Of a DNA stretch of 64,000 nucleotides, positions 30,340 through 39,976 are shown one piece after another. The notes under the pieces are model-generated. The model was not told the DNA's origin, made no database searches, and saw only the letters and a list, made by a program, of their open reading frames with translations. A program made the position numbers and the translations under genes. Origin of the DNA: an uncultured Acidobacteriota bacterium (lineage in GTDB: Bacteria > Acidobacteriota > JAQAZP01); contig CAWIIB010000001.1 of assembly GCA_963836075.1 (NCBI GenBank), forward strand, positions 1,856,001 through 1,920,000, written 5' to 3'. The stretch's first letter is position 1; every line of letters begins with the position of its first letter.

Positions 30340-33234
30340 TCACTTTTCCCGGCGCCAGCTGCCCAGGGCCAGGCCGGCTGCGAAAAAGGCGACGAGGTTC
30401 AGCGAGAACCAGTAGAGCCCGTCGAAGAGCAGCATGCTCGCCGAGAGGCCGGCCAGGCCGTAGATCATGGCCGTGGCCAGCTGGCGGCCCTGCTCGCGGG
30501 GGCTATGGCGGCGGCGGGCCAGCAGGCTGCGGAAGAGGAAGAAGAGGAAGAGCAGGAAGCAGGCAGCCCCGGTGACGCCGGTCTCGGCAGCGATGCGGAT
30601 CATCATGTTGTCCGGCGTGTTGTACTGCTCGTGGAGAAACTCCTTGCCCTTGTGCCCGCCGTAGTTCAGCGCCTCCCGGGAATAGTTTCCCGGCCCCACA
30701 CCGAGCAGCGGGTTCTGGGCGGTCATGGCCAGCCCGCTCTGCCAGCCGGCCAGCCGCTGGACCACCGCCGCCGACCGCGAAATGGAACCGAGATCGACAA
30801 AGCGGTCCCGCAGCTGGCTGCGGGCCGTACCGGAAACCAGGGCCAGGCCGCCGAGGGCCAGGACGAGGAGGATGGCCGACGCGGCCAGCAGCGCCGGCTT
30901 GCGCCGTCCGAGGAACAGGGCGGCGAAGAGGGCGAGGATGACCAGGGCCCCGCGGGAGAAGGTGAGCACCAGGGCCGCCACCATCAACAGCGAGCAGGCG
31001 CTCCAGAAGATGCGGGACAGGATGCAGCCGCCCTTGCGCCAGCCGAGCCAGACCCCCAGGGGCAGGACCAGCAGCAGGAAAGTGGCCAGGGCGATGGGCA
31101 CCACAAAGGTGGACGCGGCGCGGAAGACCGGCACCTCGAAGTAGAACGGGGCATAGACCTTGAGGATGTTGTGCAGCAGCGGGTTGTAGCCCAGGGCGTA
31201 TTCGGCGACGGCCAGCAGCGAGACGGCGGTGGCCGAGAGGGCCAGTGCCCGCAGCAGCAGGCCGGTCCCGCGCCAGGTCCCGCAAGAGGCGAGCAGCAGC
31301 AGCAGGAGCAGAGCGGGCAGGATGAAGAAGAGGATCGTCTGCAGGCTGGGCAGGGGCCAGGCGGAGAACGTGCCCCCGGCCAGGGCCGCCAGCAGGAAGA
31401 GGCCGAAGGCGATCAGGGCCCGCCGGGCCGCTCCGCCGCCGGGTTCCTCCGCCGCCGGGAATGAGAGCTCACGGCCGATGAGCAGGCGGAAGGGCACCAG
31501 CAGGACCAGCAGCAGGTGCAGCGGTGTAAAGCTGATCCCGCCGGCCCAGGTGCGCATGCCGGTGTAGTGCTCGAAGGGGAAACAGGCGGCCAGCACCACG
31601 AAGAGGACCAGCAGCAGCCGGAGCGGTGTGACCGTCAGCCCGGGGACGGCAGGCCCGCCCCGCTGCCGGCGCAGCCGGCCGATGAGCGGCAGGATCAGCA
31701 GCAGGGCCACGGCGGTCAGGAGCCACTGGTCCCAGCCGAGGCCCAGGGGCCGGGCGCGGCAGAGCTGCAGCACCGGCGCCCGGACCAGCCGGATCCGCTG
31801 CACGCCGGTGCGCACCGGGTGGTTGGCCGGTTCCAGGCGCAGCGCGGTGATCTCACCGTCCCACAGCGGGTGGGAGCCCACATCGAGGTAGTAGATCTCG
31901 TCACCGCCGTAGCGGTTGAGGCTGAACGTTATCGAGCGGCGGCGGCTGAACCGCGGGCCGCTGCCGGTGGCCCAGTAGAACCGCCCCTCCCCCACCCCGC
32001 TGTTTACCCGGCCCATGATCTCGATCAGGTCCACGTCCCCGGCCCGAATTTCCTGCCGTTCGGATGTAACCAGGCCGTGACCCGGCGAGGCGAGGTCCAG
32101 CAGGGCAAAATCGCTCTCCAGCACCGGCGGCGGCTGACCCTCGCGCGGCAGCCAGCCCTGCCAGCCCCGCTCTTCGGTGAAGACCCACTCCGCGGCGTAG
32201 GGGCCGATGAACTCCTCGTCGCCGGCCCGCGCCCTGGCCGCGCTCCTCTTGGTCTCCAGCACCCAGTCGGTCTGCAGGGCCATGGCGTCGAGGTTCAGGC
32301 TGAGCCGCCCCTGGTTGGCCGGCAGGTCGAGCAGTTCCACCCGCACCGCCCGCGGGGCGATGACCTCCGGCAACCGGCGGCGGATGTAAAAAGACCGGCC
32401 GAGACAGGTGATACCGGGGATCGTCTTCCACAGTCCGGGCAGGGAGATGTCGGCAAAATCGAGACCGTTGACCAGCTGGATCTCGGTCTCCCCGCCGCCG
32501 CTGTCCTCGATCACCAGCCGGGCCACCGCCTGGCCGAACTCGATGCCAAAGGTGTCGTTGAGCGATGACGACAGTTCGAGGGCCCGGCAGGGCGGGAACC
32601 CGGGGGTGGGGATCCTGGTCACCGGCTGCCCCGGGGTGAGGGTGATCAGCTGGTTCAGGGGCACCGGCTTGAAGTGCATGAACGATTCCCGGCGGTCGTC
32701 CGGCTCCGCTGCTCCGGTGACGCGGATCGACTCCAGCACCAGGGTCCCCGCTTCCATGATCGGATCGAACCGCAACTGGTGGATGGTCCCCCGCCACCAG
32801 GGCGACCGGCCCACTTCGGCGCGGCAGGTCTGCAGGACACCGTCCAGCTCCACGCGGTAAAAGACGCTCTTCTCCTGGCTCCAGCCCCGGTCACCCTCGT
32901 TCATCCAGTAGAGCTGACCCACGGTGGCATCCCGCCCCAACCGGCCCCGGGCGGCCAGGCGCAACAGCACCAGCGATGCGTCGGCGGCATCGATCCCCAG
33001 CCCTGACCGGGTGACCAGGTAGGGGTCTTCCCCGGGAATGGTGAACAGGGGCATCCCGGTGACCCCATCCATACCGGCCGGTTCCAGCTGCTGGCTGTAC
33101 TCGAACCGCGCGAGGGCCGGGTCGTCCACGGCATTCCAGGACCAGACGGCCACGCCCGGTCCGGTCTCCGCACCGGCGGGAACCGGGAAACAGGCCAGCG
33201 TGGCACAGAGGGCGATCAGCAGCAGCCTTCTCAT
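30340..33234 (-). CDS. O-antigen ligase/Wzy_C-family membrane protein fused to an exported N-terminal region with two CBM-like repeats
   Basis: RAASTF, LTFSRGA, R...WQSGL.M..QNPLLGVGPGNY, TPDNMMIRIAAETG; signal peptide; two ..YW....(W/F)S....WxG.I..LR.DP/EP repeats. Confidence 0.85.
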   Translation of the reverse strand: MRRLLLIALCATLACFPVPAGAETGPGVAVWSWNAVDDPALARFEYSQQLEPAGMDGVTGMPLFTIPGEDPYLVTRSGLGIDAADASLVLLRLAARGRLGRDATVGQLYWMNEGDRGWSQEKSVFYRVELDGVLQTCRAEVGRSPWWRGTIHQLRFDPIMEAGTLVLESIRVTGAAEPDDRRESFMHFKPVPLNQLITLTPGQPVTRIPTPGFPPCRALELSSSLNDTFGIEFGQAVARLVIEDSGGGETEIQLVNGLDFADISLPGLWKTIPGITCLGRSFYIRRRLPEVIAPRAVRVELLDLPANQGRLSLNLDAMALQTDWVLETKRSAARARAGDEEFIGPYAAEWVFTEERGWQGWLPREGQPPPVLESDFALLDLASPGHGLVTSERQEIRAGDVDLIEIMGRVNSGVGEGRFYWATGSGPRFSRRRSITFSLNRYGGDEIYYLDVGSHPLWDGEITALRLEPANHPVRTGVQRIRLVRAPVLQLCRARPLGLGWDQWLLTAVALLLILPLIGRLRRQRGGPAVPGLTVTPLRLLLVLFVVLAACFPFEHYTGMRTWAGGISFTPLHLLLVLLVPFRLLIGRELSFPAAEEPGGGAARRALIAFGLFLLAALAGGTFSAWPLPSLQTILFFILPALLLLLLLASCGTWRGTGLLLRALALSATAVSLLAVAEYALGYNPLLHNILKVYAPFYFEVPVFRAASTFVVPIALATFLLLVLPLGVWLGWRKGGCILSRIFWSACSLLMVAALVLTFSRGALVILALFAALFLGRRKPALLAASAILLVLALGGLALVSGTARSQLRDRFVDLGSISRSAAVVQRLAGWQSGLAMTAQNPLLGVGPGNYSREALNYGGHKGKEFLHEQYNTPDNMMIRIAAETGVTGAACFLLFLFFLFRSLLARRRHSPREQGRQLATAMIYGLAGLSASMLLFDGLYWFSLNLVAFFAAGLALGSWRREK

Positions 33235-34271
33235 CGATCCCCTCCACCGAGGAACGGACGGAAACGGATGAACCCGGCGGCCATGCCCGCCAGCAGGGCC
33301 AGGGCGCGCAGGCCCAGCAGCAGCGGCGAGGCCAGGGCCAGCAAAGGGTCGCGGGGCAGCGCGGCCGCGGCAAAGGGAACCGTGGAGAGCACAAACAGCG
33401 CCAGCAGAAGGAGTGCCGGCAGAACCGCCGGCGGGAAGACCAGGGCCGTGGCCAGCGCGGCAAGCGCCCCGGCCATGGCGGCCAGCTGGACCTTCATGGT
33501 CCGCGGGGTGTAACTGTCCCCCGCCGCCTTTCCCGGGTAGCGGCGGTAGACCTTCATCCGCCAGTAGCCCCGGCTGACCTTCAACCGGAGATAGCCGGCC
33601 AGCGTGGGCCGGTGCTGGTGCTCCACCACCGCGGCCGGGGCAAAAACCATCCGGTGGCCGGCGGCGGCGATACGGTAGGAGAGGTCCACGTCCTCGTTGT
33701 TGGGCAGCGGGAAGCTGGTGTCGAACCCGCCGACCTCTTCCAGTACCCTCCTGCGGAAAGCGGCGGCATAGGTGTCGACAAAATCGATGGTCGGGAGACG
33801 GGCCATCATCCGGTACCGTTCCTCGAACTCGGCCTGGGCAAACCGTGCGGCCAGCGAGCGCTGGCCCGTGCGGTAGGCGCCCTTGACCCCGCCCACCCCC
33901 GGATCGTCCAGCAGGGGGCGGCAGATCTGGGCAACAAAGCGCGGGTCGGGGATGCAGTCGGCATCGGTGAAGAGCACCAGGTCACCCCGTGCCGCCGCAA
34001 TGCCGTCGTTGCGCGCCGCCGCCGGCCCGCCGCGCGAGCCGCGGCCCACAACCCGCACCATCGCTCCTCCGGCACGGCGGGCCGCTCCGACAGTGCCGTC
34101 GGTGGAGCCGTCGTCAACCACCAGGACCTCCAGCCCGCCGGGGAGCTCCTGCTGGCCGGCCAGGGCGCGGACGCAGAGCGGCAGCCGTTGCTCGGCGTTG
34201 TACGCCGGAACCACCACTGAAACCAGCGGCGGGGGGGACGTATCCTGCTGTTCGGCTGTCCTGGTCATCAT
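33231..34271 (-). CDS. Glycosyltransferase family 2 with C-terminal TM segments
   Basis: VSVVVPAYN, VVDDGSTDGT, GPAAARN, FTDADC, GGFD, EDVDLSYR. Overlaps neighbouring genes by 4 nt. Confidence 0.93.
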   Translation of the reverse strand: MMTRTAEQQDTSPPPLVSVVVPAYNAEQRLPLCVRALAGQQELPGGLEVLVVDDGSTDGTVGAARRAGGAMVRVVGRGSRGGPAAARNDGIAAARGDLVLFTDADCIPDPRFVAQICRPLLDDPGVGGVKGAYRTGQRSLAARFAQAEFEERYRMMARLPTIDFVDTYAAAFRRRVLEEVGGFDTSFPLPNNEDVDLSYRIAAAGHRMVFAPAAVVEHQHRPTLAGYLRLKVSRGYWRMKVYRRYPGKAAGDSYTPRTMKVQLAAMAGALAALATALVFPPAVLPALLLLALFVLSTVPFAAAALPRDPLLALASPLLLGLRALALLAGMAAGFIRFRPFLGGGDR

Positions 34272-35713
34272 CCCTTGAACAGATATCTGGCAAACGTCTT
34301 CAGCGCCTTGAAATTCCGCACCGCCTCGCCGGGGCCGGTCAGTGTCTGCCACCCCTTGTAGAGCAGGTAGCGCGGCCGGAGATAGAACCGCCGGCGCGCC
34401 CGGTTGCAAAAATCCACCAGCTGGGCGCCGTCCAGACTGCCGGTGGAGATCACGCAGTTGTGCTGGCCGGTCTCGTCGAGCCACAGGGCGTAATCCTCGG
34501 TCTCCAGCAACCCCTGCGACCGGTAGTGCTCGTAGGCCGTGGTGCCGGGGTAAACCATCACCGGGTAGAACTGGGCCGTGTCGGGCCGCAGGGCGGCGGC
34601 CAGCCGGTAGGTCCGCTCCAGGTCGTCAGCGGTTTCGCCGGGGAAACCGACGATGAAACAGCCGTGGACCAGGATGCCGGCCCGGCGGGCATCCCTGACG
34701 AACTGGTGCATCCGCACCGTGTCGAGCTTCTTCTCGATAAAGGCCAGCGAGGCCGGGGCGCCGCTTTCAAAGCCGACACAGACCTGGCGGCAACCGGCCC
34801 GTTTCATCAGCTGCAGCAGGTCCGCCGACACGTCGGCCCGGGCATTGGCCGTCCAGGGGATATCGATGCCGGCGGCGAGAATCGCCTCGCACAGCGCGGC
34901 CACCCGCTGCGTACCGAGGGTGAAGGTGTCGTCCTCGAAGAAGAGACCGCGGACCTCGGGGAAATGGCGCTTGATGTATCGCAGTTCCTCCACCACGTTC
35001 TCCGGCGAGCGGGTGCGCAACCGCCGGCCCATGGTGGTCTGGGGGTAAAGGCAGAAGCTGCAGCTGTGCGGGCAACCGCGGCTGGTGACCAGGGTCAGCA
35101 TGGGGTAGAGCGAGTTGGGATTGAAGTAGTGGGCCGGCACCAGGTGGCGGCGGTAGAAGGTGGAAACAAAGGGCAGCGCGTCGAGATCGCCGATCGGTTG
35201 ACGGGGTGCGGTGACCACCTTTTCGCCCCCCGTACCGCGCAGCACCAGCCCCGGAACCCCGGAGAGGTCTTGGCCCTGATCCAGTGCCACGGCCAGGTCG
35301 CGGACGGTCTCGTCGTATTCACCCACCACCACCGCGTCCAGCGCCGCACAGAGGTCCAGCGTCTCTTCCGGCAGCGCGGTGACGTGGGTCCCGGTGGCCG
35401 CCGTAAAGCAGTGGGGCAGCCGCTCCCTGATCCGCTCGATGAAGCGGAGATCGTTGTTGATGCTCGGCGTGGAGGTATCGATCACCGCCAGCATCGGGTC
35501 CCCGGCAGCGGCTTCGTCCAGGGTGGCCGCTTCGTCCAGGCCCCGGGCCGGGGCGTCCACCATGGTCACCAGGTATTCCGACGCTTCCAGCAGGGCGCCG
35601 GCATGGGCCAGCCAGAGGGGATAGTAGAGTGTGCCGCTGCGGGTCACCGCCGGGCTGCGCTGGGCCCGGGAGTACAGCGGGAGGTAGGGCGGGTTGATCA
35701 GGCTGACCTTCAC
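34268..35713 (-). CDS. B12-binding-domain radical SAM protein (HpnJ-like)
   Basis: YYPLWLA, TSTPS, GTHVTALP, SRGCPHSCSFC, FEDDTFT, VGFESG, FIVGFPGET. Confidence 0.9.
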   Translation of the reverse strand: MKVSLINPPYLPLYSRAQRSPAVTRSGTLYYPLWLAHAGALLEASEYLVTMVDAPARGLDEAATLDEAAAGDPMLAVIDTSTPSINNDLRFIERIRERLPHCFTAATGTHVTALPEETLDLCAALDAVVVGEYDETVRDLAVALDQGQDLSGVPGLVLRGTGGEKVVTAPRQPIGDLDALPFVSTFYRRHLVPAHYFNPNSLYPMLTLVTSRGCPHSCSFCLYPQTTMGRRLRTRSPENVVEELRYIKRHFPEVRGLFFEDDTFTLGTQRVAALCEAILAAGIDIPWTANARADVSADLLQLMKRAGCRQVCVGFESGAPASLAFIEKKLDTVRMHQFVRDARRAGILVHGCFIVGFPGETADDLERTYRLAAALRPDTAQFYPVMVYPGTTAYEHYRSQGLLETEDYALWLDETGQHNCVISTGSLDGAQLVDFCNRARRRFYLRPRYLLYKGWQTLTGPGEAVRNFKALKTFARYLFKG

Positions 35714-36957
35714 CGGGTTTCTCCTTCACCCGTGGTGCGGGCGGACAGGATCTCCATACAGGAAGTATAAACCGCTTCGAGGCTGACCTGCTCCATGCAG
35801 CCGGCCGAGCGGGTGCAGCCGGGGAACGGTTCGTTGTTGTAACAGGGGCTGCAGTCCAGACTGGCCTCCACCACCCGCACACCCGGATCATCCAGGGGCA
35901 GGAGCGCCGAAGCCCTGGTGGGGCCGAAGAGGCCCACCAGGGGCACGCCGAGGGCCAGGGCGATGTGCATCGGTGCCGAGTCCACGGTGACCAGCAGGCT
36001 GGTCCGGCGGATCAGCCCGGCCAGCGAAGTCAGGGTGGTGTACCCGGAAAAATCGATAGCCGGTCTTTTCATTCTTGCGGCCACTTCCCGGACCAGCTCC
36101 GTGTCGCCGGGCGAACCAAAGAGCCAGACCGGCCGACCGGTCTCCTCGATGATCCGGTCGGCCAACGCCGCGAACCGCCGGGCCGGCCAGCGCTTCTCCG
36201 GCACCCGGTCCCGGGGATTGATCCCGCCGCCGGGCACCAGGCCCACCGGACCGCCGCCACCGGCGCCGGCGCCGGCGCCCAGCGTCCCGATCAGCCGCTC
36301 CGCCTCCAGCTCCGCATCGTCTCCCGGATGGAGTTCGAGGCGGCGCTCTTCGGCACCCCCACCCGCTGCGACGCCACAGGCCGCCGCGGCCAGCCGGAGG
36401 TAGTCGTCCGCCACGTAGTGCCGGTCGTTGGGACCGCGCCAGGGAACGGCAGTGGTGAGGGAGAACCCGGAACCGCCGGCGTCGAAACCGATGCGATGGG
36501 GCACGCCGGCCAGGCGGGCCAGCAGGTGGACCGGCCAGGCCGGATGGAACAGCACCGCCGTTTCGCAACCCAGCCGGCCGATCAGCCGCACGGTGTCCCG
36601 CACCGCGCCGGGACGGCGGGCCAGCAGCCATTGCTCGGACACGGCGAGCACGCGGTCCAGGTGCGGGTTTCCTTCGAGGAGCGGCAGGGCGCTGGCACCG
36701 GCGAGGAAGATCAGCTCGGCATCGGGCATTTGCCGGCGGAGCAGCCGGATCGCCGGGGTGACCATCAGGATGTCTCCGAGAGCGTGGGTCTTGACCAGCA
36801 GCACCCGGCCCGGGCGGGTCCGGCCGGGACGGCGGTCCAGTCCCCGGGAAAGGGCCCGTCCAAGGGCCTGTCCGGACCGTGTCCAGAAATGGCTGCCGCC
36901 GACGGTCATTCCGTCACCCCGGTCCCGCGGCTGCACCTCAGGTGAGCCGGAATTCAT
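35710..36957 (-). CDS. Glycosyltransferase family 9 (heptosyltransferase-like)
   Basis: ALGDILMVTP, KRWPARRF, DSAPMHIA, LFGPT, CSPC...C. Confidence 0.92.
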   Translation of the reverse strand: MNSGSPEVQPRDRGDGMTVGGSHFWTRSGQALGRALSRGLDRRPGRTRPGRVLLVKTHALGDILMVTPAIRLLRRQMPDAELIFLAGASALPLLEGNPHLDRVLAVSEQWLLARRPGAVRDTVRLIGRLGCETAVLFHPAWPVHLLARLAGVPHRIGFDAGGSGFSLTTAVPWRGPNDRHYVADDYLRLAAAACGVAAGGGAEERRLELHPGDDAELEAERLIGTLGAGAGAGGGGPVGLVPGGGINPRDRVPEKRWPARRFAALADRIIEETGRPVWLFGSPGDTELVREVAARMKRPAIDFSGYTTLTSLAGLIRRTSLLVTVDSAPMHIALALGVPLVGLFGPTRASALLPLDDPGVRVVEASLDCSPCYNNEPFPGCTRSAGCMEQVSLEAVYTSCMEILSARTTGEGETR

Positions 36958-38377
36958 CCCGCTGGCCCGCGGGCCAGATCACCCCGGCATGCTCGCGCTG
37001 GGGACACAGCGCGGCGGGTCCAGGTCCGGCCAGGGCTTCGGCCAGGTCGAGACCGGCTTCGATGGAGTCATCCATGTTGTTGTACCAGAAAGTCCCGCAG
37101 CGACCGAGACAGAGGAGGTTGGCAAACGGCGACAGCTGGTGTACGAAGCTGGCCAGCTGCCGGGGGTACTCCATGCGGTACACCGGATAGGCTCCGCTGA
37201 CCACTTCGCTGTGAACCCGCTCCACCCGGCCGCGTTCCACCAGCCTCACCTGCTCCAGCTCGCCCACCACCTGCTCCTCGATTCGCGACAGTTCCGCCTG
37301 CGGCGGCGGATCGCCGGACCAGGTCACCTCCACACAGAGCCCGTCCTTGCCCGGCGGCACCAGGCCGGGGTGAAAGTTGCGCGGAAAGGAGATCCGCGAG
37401 ATGGCCAGATCGCTGTCCGAAAAGTAGGTCCACTGGTTTGGGGTCTTGACCTGGCCCTTCACCTCGACGTTGAAAATCAGCAGGCTGAGGAAGTCGAGCC
37501 CGGGCAGGTCTACGCCCAGACCGGTTGCCAGGTCGGCCGGCGGGGCGGTCCAGACCATCCAGGCCGGCTCCACCCGTTCACCCTGGAAACAGACCGCGGT
37601 GACCTCCTTCCCGTCGGTTTCCAGGGCCAGGTCCTGCACCCCGGCGACCAGACGCCCGCCATCGGCCAGAAAGGCGTCGCGCACCCGTTCCGCATAGAGG
37701 TCGATTCCCCCCTCGGGGTAGATGAACTTGGTCACTTTGGGCTTGGGCAGCAGGGCGATACGCAGGATGTCCAGCAACGACCCCTGCTGGTAGCGGCGGT
37801 CGATGGTGGCCCGGTGGATCGACTGGCTGGCCCAGCTGTGGTGCAGCCGGTCGGGCGTGCAGTGGGCAAATTTGGTGGTGTAGCCCTTGAAGAAAACGTC
37901 GTAGAGCGTCGGCCCGTAACGGCTGACGATGTAGTCTTCAAAACTCTGCTCGTCCCCGTCGCCGTCATCCCCCGTCCCACCCCTCCGCCCGCGCAGCAGG
38001 TCTCCGAGGCAGCGCAGCAGCACCGAGGGCGGGAGGCGGAAGATGGAGGAGGTCCCCAGGGGCCAGGTGTGGTAGCGGCCGAAGAGGTAGACGCTGCTGC
38101 AGCGGTCGATGAGCACATACTGCTCCCCCAGCGCTTCCCGGATCAGGGCCAGCGCCCGCTCGCTGTAGGTGTGGAACCGGTGCGGCCCGATATCAAAGGT
38201 GAAATCGCCATAGCGGAAACAGCGGGCCAGGCCGCCCACCTCGGGCAGGCGCTCGATGAGCAGCACCGGCAGGCCGCGGCGAACCAGTTCCCGCGCGGCG
38301 GTGAGGCCGGCGATGCCGGCGCCCACCACCACCACCGGCCGGCCGTTGTCGATCCGCCCACTCGCGGTGTTTTCCAT
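36938..38377 (-). CDS. FAD-dependent oxidoreductase (protoporphyrinogen oxidase / UDP-galactopyranose mutase-like)
   Basis: VVGAGIAGLTAA, VGGL, FDIGPHRF, FIYPEGG, AYPVY, GRCGTFWYNNMDDS. Confidence 0.88.
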   Translation of the reverse strand: MENTASGRIDNGRPVVVVGAGIAGLTAARELVRRGLPVLLIERLPEVGGLARCFRYGDFTFDIGPHRFHTYSERALALIREALGEQYVLIDRCSSVYLFGRYHTWPLGTSSIFRLPPSVLLRCLGDLLRGRRGGTGDDGDGDEQSFEDYIVSRYGPTLYDVFFKGYTTKFAHCTPDRLHHSWASQSIHRATIDRRYQQGSLLDILRIALLPKPKVTKFIYPEGGIDLYAERVRDAFLADGGRLVAGVQDLALETDGKEVTAVCFQGERVEPAWMVWTAPPADLATGLGVDLPGLDFLSLLIFNVEVKGQVKTPNQWTYFSDSDLAISRISFPRNFHPGLVPPGKDGLCVEVTWSGDPPPQAELSRIEEQVVGELEQVRLVERGRVERVHSEVVSGAYPVYRMEYPRQLASFVHQLSPFANLLCLGRCGTFWYNNMDDSIEAGLDLAEALAGPGPAALCPQREHAGVIWPAGQRDEFRLT

Positions 38378-38671
38378 CGTCCGCCCCTCTGCCCCGCACT
38401 TCAGACCCGGAGGGCCTGCGCTCATCTCTGACGGGAGTTGGATCTGGATCAGGGATGTGTCCTGTGACGAGCAATCAGTGTACCGGGCAATTCCGGCCCG
38501 CGTCAACCCGCAGGGAACCCGGCGCCCCGGAGGTCGGACTTGCCCGATGAAATGTTCCGCTATACAGTTCCCACAGGCTATACTGCAAAAATCCTCAAGA
38601 ACGTAAACCAGCGGCCCCGGCAGGCCGATGAGGGAGATGTGGCCACAGGAGAGGGAGCAGGGACACTACGC

Positions 38672-39819
38672 ATGCAGCGGACAGCATTCTCAACAGCAGC
38701 GCCGGCATTCAGACCGGGGACGGTCATTCTGCTGGCCGCCCTCCTGATCCTCGCCGCCGCCATGGTCGGCCCCGCAGCCCTGGCTGACAACGTCACCTGT
38801 TCGGCCTGCGGCAAGAAGATCCGCGGCGACTACCTGGTCATGGACGGTGACCCGTACTGCAGCCAGTCCTGCCTCGACACGGTGCTCCCCGGCTGCGCGG
38901 TGTGTGGAGAGGTGATCAGGGGAGCCCACCTGACCCTGAACGGCAAGCGTTACTGCAGCCAGAACTGCCTGGACCGGGACCTGCCGGCCTGCGACATGTG
39001 CGGCCGGCCGGTGCGGGGCGACTACTTCCAGAGCAAGGGCAAAACCTATTGCAGCGAAGCCTGCTACACCCTCTCGCTGCCCCGCTGCGAGGCCTGCGCG
39101 GAACCGATGAAAGAGTGGCTGGATATCGAGGGCCGGCACTACTGCCACTCCTGCGCCAGCAGACAGCGCTGCAGTACCCTGCGGCCACCCCGGCCCCACC
39201 ATCAGCCTGGGGGATGGGCGGCGGATCTGCGACAGGTGCCGGGATACGGCGGTGATGGAACAGACCGACGGGGAACAGCTCTTTGATCTGGTCCGCAGGC
39301 GGATGGACCGCACCCTCGACCTTTCCACCGAGCACGAGATCGAGTTCCACCTGGTGAGCCGCGACGACCTGGAGCGGATCAGCAACGGTTCCTCCAGCGG
39401 ACGGGAACTGGGCTATTACCAGTATCAGGCCGAGACAACAACCACCTACCTCACCACCCGTGATCGCAACGGCCGCGAAAAAAAACGGGTGGCCGGCGAG
39501 CGGACCGACAGGAAGTTCCGCATCTACATCCTTTACGGGTTGCCCGAGAAGCGGCTGATGGAGGTGGCGGCCCACGAACTGGCCCACGACTGGATGCGGG
39601 TCAATCTGCCGCGAGATCAAGGCCCCGATCTTCGAGGAGGGATTTGCCGAATACGTCGCCTGGCTGGTCAACGATTGTTTCGGCCACGAGGAGTTGAAGA
39701 AGCGGATCGAGGAGAACAGTGACCCGATTTACGGCGACGGGTTCAAGATGATGAAGGGCCTGGCCGACCGGCACGGCGGCCTCGACGGACTGATCGACTA
39801 CCTCGCCGACCTCCCCTGA
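38672..39819 (+). pseudogene. Secreted DA1-like zinc metallopeptidase with LIM-like Zn-finger repeats; two +1 frameshifts (~39178, ~39612)
   Basis: Signal peptide ending ALA; four CxxC...YC repeats. Corrected reading gives CSTCGHP...LGDGRRICDRC..AV, AHELAH, EEGFAEY, YGDGF, 381 aa in total. Confidence 0.8.
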
Positions 39820-39976
39820 GCATACCGATTCGTGGCCCCCGCCGGCTGCAGCCCGGTTTTCCGTTGTCAAGCTTGTATTCCACTATCCCGATATTTAATA
39901 TGCTGTATATTGGGTTAAGGATTGGTCCATTCACCTGTAAAGTAACGAGGGTTTCCCTTCAACAGGCTCGTCACCC

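Noticed and set aside
34268-35713. B12-radical SAM as hopanoid HpnJ, or as maturase of the small peptide at 52106
   Set aside because: No hopanoid genes nearby and no RRE/SPASM features; it is embedded in a glycosyltransferase operon.
6202-38431. Many long antisense ORFs (e.g. 6202..8013, 33989..35770, 36428..38431)
   Set aside because: They overlap well-supported genes on the opposite strand, as expected at high GC, and carry no motifs.
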